From contig CAVVNJ010000003.1 of NCBI GenBank assembly GCA_963749595.1, forward strand, positions 25,532 through 89,531: DNA of 64,000 nt. Reading direction: 5' to 3'. Each line of letters opens with the position of its first letter. Position 1 is the first letter of the stretch. The stretch comes from Candidatus Woesebacteria bacterium. Lineage in GTDB: Bacteria > Patescibacteriota > Microgenomatia > UBA1400 > UBA1396. The notes under the pieces were generated by a model, which saw only the letters and a program-made list of their open reading frames with translations, was not told the origin of the DNA and did not search any database. The position numbers and the translations under genes were made by a program. Below, piece after piece: positions 28,718 to 36,943 of the stretch.

Positions 28718-28803
28718 GCCACGGTGGCGGAATCGGTAGACGCGCGGGACTCAAAATCCCGTTCTGTGCAAGCAGAGTGTGGGTTCAAGTCCCTCCCGTG
28801 GCA
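28718..28803 (+). tRNA. tRNA-Leu (anticodon CAA)
   Basis: The acceptor stem GCCACGG pairs with CCGTGGC, with discriminator A. The D-arm GCGGAATCGGTAGACGC is typical of tRNA-Leu. The anticodon stem-loop is cggga-CTCAAAA-tcccg, and there is a long variable arm and a T-loop TTCAAGT. One T-stem mismatch, and no encoded CCA. Confidence 0.85.
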
Positions 28804-28825
28804 CATTAATTTTCCGGACAAGTGT

Positions 28826-29272
28826 TTACCGCAAAAGCCAAATTACCAACCAGAGAATAATCTGTGGCGTCAGCCCGACGAGAACATTGGGCGTCGAGTG
28901 ATGGAAAGCCTGATGTAAATCATTCAAAGGTTTTAAAAACCACGGTTCTTTCTTAAGAAAATTACGCGGTGCTTCAATAAAATCAGGAATTAAGGCGATT
29001 CCGCCACCAATCCAGGCCAGCCAATTAATGTCGGATCGTCCCAGTTGAAAAAAAAGGTAAAGCAGGGCGGCGGTGATGACGAGTTCGGCCAGTTCCATGA
29101 TGATCGCGTGCGAACGCTTCCGTTTGCCGTTACTAAGACCGGTGCCTACGTCCCAATGGGGGATCCAGTCTTCTAGATAATGACTGGCGAAAATCGCCGG
29201 CACAAACAAAACCGGTTGGGGCATGACTGAGGCCAGAAAAGCGCCGGTCAAGGAGTGGGAAATCGACAACAT
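28826..29272 (-). CDS. Integral membrane protein, weak resemblance to YdjM/PF04307 membrane-bound metal-dependent hydrolases
   Basis: His-rich motifs lie at helix ends (SISHSLTG, ASHYLEDWIPHWD, ALIPDFIEAP, HQAFHHS). The assignment is tentative. Confidence 0.4.
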   Translation of the reverse strand: MLSISHSLTGAFLASVMPQPVLFVPAIFASHYLEDWIPHWDVGTGLSNGKRKRSHAIIMELAELVITAALLYLFFQLGRSDINWLAWIGGGIALIPDFIEAPRNFLKKEPWFLKPLNDLHQAFHHSTPNVLVGLTPQIILWLVIWLLR

Positions 29273-29285
29273 AAGGGCTGTTCCA

Positions 29286-29305
29286 TGTACTAGTATACTA
29301 GTACA
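29286..29305. promoter_or_regulatory. Perfect 20-bp palindrome TGTACTAGTATACTAGTACA in a 42-bp divergent intergenic region
   Basis: It lies between the starts at 29272 (-) and 29315 (+, lgt). A 19/20 copy with conserved flanks lies at 47739-47758. Confidence 0.6.
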
Positions 29306-29314
29306 AGAAAAAGT

Positions 29315-30106
29315 ATGTTTGCTAATTGGTGGTTGATATTAGTTTCCTGGGGACGAATCAGTTTCGGTTGGTTGTTTTTGGTCGTTGGTATCATCGGAGC
29401 CCTGTACTTTTTTTGGCGTAAGGCCGAAACCGAACATTATGACTTGTGGGCCGCTTTCGACTCGGTATTTGTTGCCTCCCTTGGGGGGATTGTCGGGGCC
29501 CGACTCGGTTATATCTTGCTTCATCCGTTGGAATTCGGTGTCTCACCGCTTAAATTGATTAACGTTTTGGCTTATCCCGGACTTTGGCCGGTTACTGGCT
29601 TCGTCGTAACCTTTTATACGCTTTACCGCTTTGCTACCCAGTCAAAAATCGATTGGTGGGAAGTGTGGGATTTCTTCGTTATCGCTGTGACCTGGTATTT
29701 GGGCTGGCATTGGCTCTCCCGGTTCGCTATCGGCGCGGCGGCGGGAACGTCAACTAAATTGCCTTGGGGAATGATGTTTCCTAATCGGTTAGAACCGGCC
29801 CATCCGGTGCAACTGTATGCCGCCGCCGCATACTTAGCCCTGTTTGCTTTTCTCAGCTGGGTGGAAACTCGGTATCGTTTTTTCTTTTGGTATCGCTCTA
29901 AAAAAAGAACCGCCAAGCCCGGATTTTTATTCTGCAGTTTTCTGATCGCCGTCGGAATTTTTCAGTTTGGCTTAAGCTTTGTCCAGCCGACCTTTTTTAT
30001 TTTGCCCGGCGGATTTGAGCTAAACCAAGCACTCGGGGTCTTGATCTTTGTGGCTGGCTGTGCGTTACTGTATCTGCGCTCGGGACGTTCAATCTTTTCC
30101 CGATAA
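29315..30106 (+). CDS. lgt: Prolipoprotein diacylglyceryl transferase
   Basis: GGIVGARLGYILLH, KLPWGMMFP and AHPVQLYAAAAY, with a polytopic membrane profile. The usual GRxGNF block is divergent. Confidence 0.75.
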   Translation: MFANWWLILVSWGRISFGWLFLVVGIIGALYFFWRKAETEHYDLWAAFDSVFVASLGGIVGARLGYILLHPLEFGVSPLKLINVLAYPGLWPVTGFVVTFYTLYRFATQSKIDWWEVWDFFVIAVTWYLGWHWLSRFAIGAAAGTSTKLPWGMMFPNRLEPAHPVQLYAAAAYLALFAFLSWVETRYRFFFWYRSKKRTAKPGFLFCSFLIAVGIFQFGLSFVQPTFFILPGGFELNQALGVLIFVAGCALLYLRSGRSIFSR

Positions 30107-30117
30107 TCAGGAGTGCT

Positions 30118-30465
30118 ATGAGTCATTTGACCGCGGACCAAATTAATCGATTGCAGTCGATACTTGAGGAAAAGTTGACCGGGCTGCATGGCTTCAAGAC
30201 CAGCATGATCGAGGAAAATCCGATCAATAATCCTGATCGGGTCGAAGAGAACGAGGCTGGTGATGATGCCGTTGAGGAGTTTGGGATTCTAAATGCCGAA
30301 ACTCTGGAACAAGCCTCCGGCGACATGATTGATGAAGTTGAGGCGGCGTTGCTGCGGATTAAAGCCGGCACCTACGGCCATGATGAAATAACCGGCGAGC
30401 CGATTCCTTTCGAAAGACTGCTGGTTGTTCCCGAAGCGCGCACCGCCGCCCGCGACATGGCATGA
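30118..30465 (+). CDS. DksA/TraR-family-like protein lacking the zinc-finger cysteines
   Basis: An acidic coiled-coil region is followed by AALLRIKAGTYGHDEITGEPIPFERLLVVPEARTA, which is collinear with G.YG.Ce.CGe.I...RL...P.a..C but without Cys. Confidence 0.45.
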   Translation: MSHLTADQINRLQSILEEKLTGLHGFKTSMIEENPINNPDRVEENEAGDDAVEEFGILNAETLEQASGDMIDEVEAALLRIKAGTYGHDEITGEPIPFERLLVVPEARTAARDMA

Positions 30466-30902
30466 GGATCGTCCTATCCCGACTTCACGCCTGGAGGGAT
30501 CGTCCCGGGATCGTCCTCCTGGTATTGCTCGATCAGGCCAGCAAGCTATTTTTTCCCTATCAAATCAACCCAGGTGTCGCTTTTTCCTTGGGCAGCGGAT
30601 TGCCACCAGTATTGGTAACCTCGATCCTGATCGTCTTGGTCGGAGTTATATTTTGGCTTACCCGCTCGTGGCTAAACGACGGCCTATCTCGATTGGCTCG
30701 GTCATTTTTATTAGCCGGCGCACTTTCCAATCTTATTGATCGATTGTTTTTGGGAGGCGTTCGCGATGTCTGGAAGTTGCCGTTTCTAGGTGTGCAAAAT
30801 AACTTGGCTGACTGGTTGATCGTCATTGGCGCCGCTATATTCGGTTGGCAACAATACCGCACCTGGCGGGAAGTCGAGTCAGAGGATAAAATACCGGCAT
30901 GA
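30462..30902 (+). CDS. lspA: Lipoprotein signal peptidase (signal peptidase II)
   Basis: DQASKLFF, NPGVAFSLG and AGALSNLIDRLFLGGVRDV. The N-terminal codons are built from the GGATCGTCC repeat. Confidence 0.85.
   Translation: MRIVLSRLHAWRDRPGIVLLVLLDQASKLFFPYQINPGVAFSLGSGLPPVLVTSILIVLVGVIFWLTRSWLNDGLSRLARSFLLAGALSNLIDRLFLGGVRDVWKLPFLGVQNNLADWLIVIGAAIFGWQQYRTWREVESEDKIPA
30464..30517 (+). repeat. GGATCGTCC-repeat element, copy A (three direct 11-mers), at the 5' end of lspA
   Basis: The 11-mers are gaggatcgtcct (30464), gggatcgtccc (30496) and gggatcgtcct (30507). About 85% identical over ~47 nt to 31948-31994. Confidence 0.7.
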
Positions 30903-31708
30903 CAATTCTTTTTGAGGACGCTGATTTGTTGGTAATCAATAAAGATGCTGGGGAGGTAGTGAATCGGGCGGAGTCAATTCGCGTGCCAACTTTGCAGGAT
31001 TGGATAGAAGACTATCTTTCCGATGATCCTGTTTGGCAAGCTGGACGCCAACATGAGGAAGAGTTTCGGGACCGTTCGGGATTGGCGCACCGCATTGATA
31101 AAGACACCAGTGGTGTTTTGGTTTTCGCCAAGCATCCGGCAGCAATGCAGGAACTACTGCGACAATTTCGGGAACGTGAAGTTGACAAGACCTATCTGGC
31201 TTTAGTCCATGGGTTCCTGCCGACGAAGCAAGGGGTGGTTCAGGCGGCGATTGCCCGTCACCCGACGCGCCGGGAGCGTTTCACTGTAGTAACTGATGCC
31301 GGTCGGGAGAGCGCCACGGAGTTCAGGGTTAAAGAGGAGTTCGGGCCGATCGCCTTGGAAAAATTGCGCTCGGTTTTGCCGGAGGAGGGGAGGGGAAACG
31401 TTAAAGTCCTCCAGCAAGCGATTACTATCTACAACGGTTTTTCTCTGATTGAGCTTCAGCCGAGAACCGGCCGCACCCATCAAATTCGGGTCCACATGCA
31501 GTTTCTTGGTCATCCGCTGGTTGGTGATTACCGTTACACCGGGCGCCGCCGCTCGCAGGTTGACGCTTTGTGGTGTCCGCGTCAGTTTTTGCACGCCGCT
31601 ACCTTGACTTTGACCCATCCACGAACCAAAGAACGAATCACTTTTACGGCGCCGTTGGCGGAGGATTTGCGACAGGTGCTCACTTTGTTAACTAAATCAC
31701 TCGATTAG
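30899..31708 (+). CDS. rluD: RluA-family 23S rRNA pseudouridine synthase (RluD-like)
   Basis: HRIDKDTSGVLVFAK (catalytic Asp), KTYLALVHG and GRTHQIRVHM. Confidence 0.9.
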   Translation: MTILFEDADLLVINKDAGEVVNRAESIRVPTLQDWIEDYLSDDPVWQAGRQHEEEFRDRSGLAHRIDKDTSGVLVFAKHPAAMQELLRQFREREVDKTYLALVHGFLPTKQGVVQAAIARHPTRRERFTVVTDAGRESATEFRVKEEFGPIALEKLRSVLPEEGRGNVKVLQQAITIYNGFSLIELQPRTGRTHQIRVHMQFLGHPLVGDYRYTGRRRSQVDALWCPRQFLHAATLTLTHPRTKERITFTAPLAEDLRQVLTLLTKSLD

Positions 31709-32833
31709 CATCGCGTCGCCAAAACTGAAAAAACGATATTTTTCTTGGATCGCTTCGTGGTAGGCTTTTCCGATCGAGCTTGTCTGAAAATCGACGAACT
31801 TTTCCCCGGTCTGCGGCCAACTAGTGAAGGCTGAGACTAGCATCAACAAAGTTGATTCCGGTAGGTGGAAGTTGGTAATGAGCGCATCGGCGGCTCGAAA
31901 ACGGTAGGGGGGGTAAACGAACAAACTGGTTTCGCCGCTACCGGCTCGGGATCGTCCTCTGCCTTCCCCACGCCTGGGGGGATCGTCCCGGGACGATCCC
32001 TCTTGAGGTAGCGAAGGCAGAGGACGATCCTCAAAAGTTGATTCCAGAGTTCGGAGAGCAGTGGTGCCTACGGCGACGATTCGTCTGCCAGCCTCGCGAG
32101 CGGTGTTGATTTTCTTCGCCGCGGCGGGGCTAACCTCATACCACTCACTGTGCATCTGGTGTTGTTCGATTTCATTTTCCTTAACCGGCAGAAACGTGCC
32201 TAGGCCCACGTGCAAAGTAATCTCGACTGTCTCGATGCCCGTGGTTTTCAGTTGAGTCAATAGCTCTGGCGTAAAGTGCAGGCCGGCGGTTGGCGCGGCA
32301 GCCGAACCTGGCTCGTGGCCAAAGACGGTTTGGTAGCGTTCCGGATCGCCGACGAATTTTTTGATGTAGGGCGGGGTAGGCAAGGAGCCCAATTTGTCGA
32401 GAGCGGCCAACAACTCGGTTCCGGCCAGCGAAGTTCGGACTCGGCGGGTATAGCCCTCATCAACCAGACATTCGATGACTAGCTGATGATTCTCATTGAT
32501 AAATTCGACCTTTTGGCCAATCTTCAACCCGGGTTTAGTCAGCGCTTCCCAAACCTCTGAATACATTTCTTGTTCAATGCGCTTGGTCAGTAAAATTTCT
32601 ACCTCGCCACCCGTTGGTTTGCGACCGATCAGCCGAACCGGCAAGACGCGGGTGTTATTCAAAACCAGCAAGTCGCCGGGACGCAGCAGGGCGGGGAGAT
32701 CAAAAAAATGGTGGTGGGCAATTTGGCCAGTAGTCCGATCCAGCCTCAACAGCCGGCTGACGTCCCGGCGCGCCAGCGGCGTCTGGGCAATCAAATCGCT
32801 TGGTAGATCGTAGGAAAATCGTGATAGCTTCAC
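31697..32833 (-). CDS. queA: S-adenosylmethionine:tRNA ribosyltransferase-isomerase with an internal ~28-codon palindromic insertion
   Basis: VKLSRFSYDLPSDLIAQTPLARRD (GTG at 32833), HFTPELL and ALITNFHLPESTLLMLVSAF. The low-complexity insert is DRPLPSLPQEGSSRDDPPRRGEGRGRSRAGS. Confidence 0.9.
   Translation of the reverse strand: MKLSRFSYDLPSDLIAQTPLARRDVSRLLRLDRTTGQIAHHHFFDLPALLRPGDLLVLNNTRVLPVRLIGRKPTGGEVEILLTKRIEQEMYSEVWEALTKPGLKIGQKVEFINENHQLVIECLVDEGYTRRVRTSLAGTELLAALDKLGSLPTPPYIKKFVGDPERYQTVFGHEPGSAAAPTAGLHFTPELLTQLKTTGIETVEITLHVGLGTFLPVKENEIEQHQMHSEWYEVSPAAAKKINTAREAGRRIVAVGTTALRTLESTFEDRPLPSLPQEGSSRDDPPRRGEGRGRSRAGSGETSLFVYPPYRFRAADALITNFHLPESTLLMLVSAFTSWPQTGEKFVDFQTSSIGKAYHEAIQEKYRFFSFGDAMLIE
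31948..32031. repeat. GGATCGTCC-repeat element, copy B: nested palindrome inserted in frame in queA
   Basis: The outer 18-bp inverted repeat is ggatcgtcctctgccttc (31949-31966) with gaaggcagaggacgatcc (32013-32030). The inner perfect 22-bp palindrome is gggatcgtcccgggacgatccc (31979-32000). Confidence 0.8.
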
Positions 32834-32876
32834 GGTGGAAGTATAACACTGGCCGCGACTGACGAGGTATCGTATA

Positions 32877-33734
32877 GTGATTGATATGTTGAGATGGGGA
32901 TTAGGAGGCGAGAAGAGCAGAGAACCAACTCCGGCGGAGCGTCGCCAAAAGCGGGAGAAAATCGCCAAATTGATCGCGCAAGAGAGTCGGGGCGACAAGT
33001 TAAAAGCCTTTACCTTACTGGCTGCTCGGCTCCATTACCCCTTAAGTGAACGTCATCTTTTAGCGATCTTATTTTCCTTAAGCGAGCGTCTGGCGTCGCG
33101 AGTTCAGGATTTTTCGATTATCATCAGTGATGAGGCCAGCGGACGAATTCCTAGCCTGATTTTTCAAGAAGTTTTGAATCGAAAACGAAAGCAACTTGAT
33201 CTGTCGCCACTCATGATTTCTTTTTTGCTGGGCGGAAAGGTGAATAAGTTTCAAGCTGAGGCGGTTCACGATTTCGTGACTCACCCCCCAAAGTCTTTGA
33301 CCGACGATCTTAGTCGACCATTAATCGTGACCGAATATATGCACAGCGGCGACAGCATGAAAAATTTCTTGGAAGCATTCTATAAAAATGGAATTCAGCC
33401 GGTGGTGGCAGCGGTGAGTATCGATCGGAGAATAGCGGAGTATCAATCTCTATTCAGCAAAGATGAAGATCTCCAATCTGGGCACAAATCGTTAGAAGAT
33501 GTTCTCCTGATTGGTGATGACGCCAAAACCAGCAAAGCTTATGGAGCGGCCTTCCATGGCAGTCCTGATGTGACCGGTGTCATCCGGAGCAAGTCTGGCA
33601 AAAGTGCCCACCCGGTATTGTTGCGCCAGGCAGAGCCAACGCTCGATAAGGCGGGGGCTCAGGATAAAATTATCCAGTCTCGCGACGAGGCAGCGCTGGT
33701 GGCGGAAGTGTTTGCTAGACTGTTGAAGATATAG
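32877..33734 (+). CDS. PRT-fold (HGPRT-like) array paralog 1
   Basis: TPAERRQKREKIA; IIISDEASGRIPSL; FLLGG; LIVTEYMHSGDSM; VVAAVS; SAHP; EAALVAEVFARLLKI*. The start is GTG at 32877 or ATG at 32886. Confidence 0.8.
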   Translation: MIDMLRWGLGGEKSREPTPAERRQKREKIAKLIAQESRGDKLKAFTLLAARLHYPLSERHLLAILFSLSERLASRVQDFSIIISDEASGRIPSLIFQEVLNRKRKQLDLSPLMISFLLGGKVNKFQAEAVHDFVTHPPKSLTDDLSRPLIVTEYMHSGDSMKNFLEAFYKNGIQPVVAAVSIDRRIAEYQSLFSKDEDLQSGHKSLEDVLLIGDDAKTSKAYGAAFHGSPDVTGVIRSKSGKSAHPVLLRQAEPTLDKAGAQDKIIQSRDEAALVAEVFARLLKI

Positions 33735-33744
33735 GAAGGAATAA

Positions 33745-34578
33745 TTGGCCACAAGATCTCACGACATCCCAACTCCGGCCGAAAGACGTCAGGAACGGGA
33801 AAAAATTGCCCAAAAAATTGTGACCGAGAGTCGGGGTAATCAGCGCAAAGCCCTTAAATTACTGGCGGAACAACTTAGCCCCCCGCTGGGCCATTCTGAA
33901 CTTTTGGTTTCTTTGTTTGCCATGGCTGAGCGCTTGCTGCCGCGTTCCGGGGAATTTGAAATAATTGTCAGCGATGAAACTAGTGGTCGTATTCCCAGTT
34001 TAATTTTTCAAGATATTCTTAATCGCCAACGGTCCAAAATAAATAAGGACCCCTTGGTTATTTCTTTCTTACTTGGTGGCAGAATTAGTAAGGTTCAAGC
34101 TCGGGCGGTCCAGAATTTTGTGGCCATTCCGCCAAAGTCACTGGCCGAAAAGCTTCGCCAACCGTTAATTGTCACTGAATATGTCGACCGCGGCTTAAGT
34201 CTACAAGCCTTTCTAAACACTTTTTACCGACAAGGAATTAGTCCAGTCGTGGCAGCGGTAAGCGTTAGAGAGGACCCAGCATTCTACCGATTTATCTTTG
34301 AAAAAAATCCGAGTCAGCCTTCCGGAAAAAAAACGCTCAACGATTTATTTATCGTCGGCGATTCACTGGAACATGAAGGGGGCTGGGGTGTATTTTTTCG
34401 CGACAATCCACTCGGTAGTGGTGTGGTAAAAGGTGGTAAGGAAAAAAGTCCGCACCCAGCGTCGGTTCTCCAATCGACTGCGACGCTAAATAAAGAAGAA
34501 ATTCGAGCCAAAATAAAAAAGTCTCGCGACGAGGCAGCGCTGGTGGCGGAAGTATTTGCTAGACTTCTAAAATTGTAA
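33745..34578 (+). CDS. PRT-fold (HGPRT-like) array paralog 2
   Basis: TPAERRQEREKIA; IIVSDETSGRIPSL; FLLGG; LIVTEYVDRGLSL; VVAAVS; SPHP; EAALVAEVFARLLKL*. TTG start. Confidence 0.8.
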   Translation: MATRSHDIPTPAERRQEREKIAQKIVTESRGNQRKALKLLAEQLSPPLGHSELLVSLFAMAERLLPRSGEFEIIVSDETSGRIPSLIFQDILNRQRSKINKDPLVISFLLGGRISKVQARAVQNFVAIPPKSLAEKLRQPLIVTEYVDRGLSLQAFLNTFYRQGISPVVAAVSVREDPAFYRFIFEKNPSQPSGKKTLNDLFIVGDSLEHEGGWGVFFRDNPLGSGVVKGGKEKSPHPASVLQSTATLNKEEIRAKIKKSRDEAALVAEVFARLLKL

Positions 34579-34586
34579 GGAGAATA

Positions 34587-35387
34587 ATGCCTAAAACTCG
34601 ACCTATCGACCAATCGACTACAGCTGAAAAGCGCCGGATTAACGCGGAAAAAATCCTACAAATTGGCTCAGGTAATTGGGAGCGGACGCTGACCGAGCTA
34701 AAGACTAGTTTGAACCGACCGGAGTTGAAGAGTACCGGGATATTAGAAACGATGTTCGATCTTTGTGAAAAACTCCGCCCGATAGCAACTGATCTTGATG
34801 TGATCATTAGCGACGAAGCGAGTGGGCGGGTGCCGAGTCTCATTATTAAATCTACTCTTGATGCCTTTAGAGAACAGCAAGGTTTGCCCCCACTTAAAAT
34901 TTTTTTCCTCGTGGGAGGTTATTCTACTTTTGAACAAAAAGATTCTGTCGCCGAGTTTGTTCGCACGCACGCTGTAGAATTCCGCCGGAGCTTGATCGTG
35001 ACCGAAATAATCGAATCGGGCGAAAGTATACGCGAATTTCTCAAACCTTTTTCCCAGAATGGCCTGAAACCGATCGTGGCCAGCGTATCGGTTGCTCGTG
35101 ATCCTAGTACGTATCGTCAGTTGTTCTCCAATAAGCTGATTTATGGAGAGGTTGCTCGTGGTGGAGCCGGGCAGATATTTTACGGACTGGCTGGCCGCCG
35201 GATGGCAGGGATTGTTAAGGGGAGTCGATCGGTGGCCCATCCGGAGAGCTTAAAAGCCAGACTGAATGAGCCGACAATGAAAGCCGAAGCTCAGCGGGGA
35301 ATTCAACTAGCTCGTTCAGACATTGCCTTGATCGGTCAGGTTTACGCTGGCTTGTTAAGCGGAAAAGAAAGGCCAAAAAATGTTTAA
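34587..35387 (+). CDS. PRT-fold (HGPRT-like) array paralog 3
   Basis: TTAEKRRINAEKI; VIISDEASGRVPSL; FLVGG; LIVTEIIESGESI; IVASVS; VAHP; SDIALIGQVYAGLL. An SD aaggag is present. Confidence 0.8.
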   Translation: MPKTRPIDQSTTAEKRRINAEKILQIGSGNWERTLTELKTSLNRPELKSTGILETMFDLCEKLRPIATDLDVIISDEASGRVPSLIIKSTLDAFREQQGLPPLKIFFLVGGYSTFEQKDSVAEFVRTHAVEFRRSLIVTEIIESGESIREFLKPFSQNGLKPIVASVSVARDPSTYRQLFSNKLIYGEVARGGAGQIFYGLAGRRMAGIVKGSRSVAHPESLKARLNEPTMKAEAQRGIQLARSDIALIGQVYAGLLSGKERPKNV

Positions 35388-36165
35388 AAAAACTCGGCCC
35401 GTCGACGTCCAGTCTCCAGCTGATCGTCGACGAAACTTGGCGAAAATCATCACTCAGGGAAAAACTCCCGACGTTGCATTAAGACTAACCGCCGCGAAAG
35501 TACCGGATTCTCTTTTTAACAACCATGAACTTTTACAGGCAATCTATGGTCTTTGCGAAAAACTAGTGCCTCTGGCTAAAGAGATTGAGATAATTGTTGG
35601 CGACGATGCTAGCGGGCGGCTGCCAAGCTTACTGATAAAACACAGCTTGGATGCTGTGCGCCAAAAAATGGGTCTACCGCCTATACCGATTCGCTTTATC
35701 GCTTCGGGGAGGTCAACCGGTGAACAAACCGAGGCTGTTCGTCACTACTTGGAAGAGCATAAGTCTGAACTAGCGTCAGCGGTGATTGTAACCGAGTTTA
35801 TGAGCAGCGGGGAAAGTATGGCTGAGTTGGTAAGAATGTTCAGGGGGCTGGATTTAGAGCCGATCGTCGCGGCGGTGTCAATTGGTGGTGAGCCAGAGTT
35901 TTATCGGGAGAAGATACAGGCAAAAATCATTTATGGTCAGATCGGGCAAGCGGGCCTCGATTTTTACGGCTCTAAGAGTAGGCCATTTTCTGGTGTGAAT
36001 AAAAAAATGGGCGCGCGTGATAGTGCCCACTCCGAACCGACCAAAAAATATGAGGCAAAAACCAAGGAACAGCAAATTGATGTTCAGAGGACAATAAATG
36101 CGGCCCGCGATGATGTGGCTTTGGTGGGTGAGGTTTTCTCCAGGCTGTTGGCGAGGAGAAAATAG
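35380..36165 (+). CDS. PRT-fold (HGPRT-like) array paralog 4
   Basis: SPADRRRNLAKI; IIVGDDASGRLPSL; FIASG; VIVTEFMSSGESM; IVAAVS; DDVALVGEVFSRLL. Confidence 0.8.
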   Translation: MFKKTRPVDVQSPADRRRNLAKIITQGKTPDVALRLTAAKVPDSLFNNHELLQAIYGLCEKLVPLAKEIEIIVGDDASGRLPSLLIKHSLDAVRQKMGLPPIPIRFIASGRSTGEQTEAVRHYLEEHKSELASAVIVTEFMSSGESMAELVRMFRGLDLEPIVAAVSIGGEPEFYREKIQAKIIYGQIGQAGLDFYGSKSRPFSGVNKKMGARDSAHSEPTKKYEAKTKEQQIDVQRTINAARDDVALVGEVFSRLLARRK

Positions 36166-36184
36166 TTATTTACACTGGAGCCAA

Positions 36185-36943
36185 ATGAAATCAAGAACCA
36201 TCGATCAAAAAACTGTATCTGAGATTGTGATGCCTGGGGATAAAGACAAGATTTTGGAGGCTTTGGCCGGGCGCTTAAGAAGCAATTTCCAATCTATCGA
36301 AGTGCTCCAATCTTGTTATGAGCTTTGCGCTCAGTTGGCCCGAGATCCTGGCCGCTATGACACCATCATCAGCGATGATGCTAGTGGGCGATTAGTCAGC
36401 CTATTAGTCAAATCGGTTTTAGATCGAACACGGGAGAGAAAGGGGCTCAAGCCGCTGAATTTACGCTTTGTAGCCGGAGGAATCAACCGTTCCGATCAGA
36501 AAATAGCTATTCGAGAATATCTAGCAAAACATCATTCAGAATTTGGTCGGATCTTGTTAGTAACCGAAATTGTGGATACTGGAGATAGTATGCGCAATTT
36601 GCTACGACTTTTTGCTGATTTCAAATTAAGTCCTGATGTTGCCAGTGTCTCAATTGCAAAATTACCGGATAAATACCATGTCTTATTTTCGAACAAGCTA
36701 ATTTACGGAAGTCTTGGTTACGCTGGAGGCAATCTTTATGGTTTCGATTCCCGTCGGCAAGCGGGGGTAGATAAAAAGAGCACAGCGTCTTCCGCTCATC
36801 CGGCAAGTCTGAGAGCCACCGAGCTTAGGGGAGGCAACCAAAGAGTGGCACAACAAATACAATCAAGTGTTAATCAGACGAGGAAGGAGATCAATCTTAT
36901 CTCAGCTGTTTTTTTGCGCTTAATGGATTCAGAGAGAGTATGA
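36185..36943 (+). CDS. PRT-fold (HGPRT-like) array paralog 5
   Basis: TIISDDASGRLVSL; FVAGG; LLVTEIVDTGDSM (closest to the canonical PRPP loop); VASVS; SAHP. Start moved to the ATG at 36185, which has an SD. Confidence 0.8.
   Translation: MKSRTIDQKTVSEIVMPGDKDKILEALAGRLRSNFQSIEVLQSCYELCAQLARDPGRYDTIISDDASGRLVSLLVKSVLDRTRERKGLKPLNLRFVAGGINRSDQKIAIREYLAKHHSEFGRILLVTEIVDTGDSMRNLLRLFADFKLSPDVASVSIAKLPDKYHVLFSNKLIYGSLGYAGGNLYGFDSRRQAGVDKKSTASSAHPASLRATELRGGNQRVAQQIQSSVNQTRKEINLISAVFLRLMDSERV

Noticed and set aside
34743-35240. Antisense ORFs within the array (34743-35240, 38062-38448, 38542-38868, 38826-39155, 39726-40103 and others)
   Set aside because: All of them overlap the conserved plus-strand paralogs. 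They show no conservation between array units and have biased composition.
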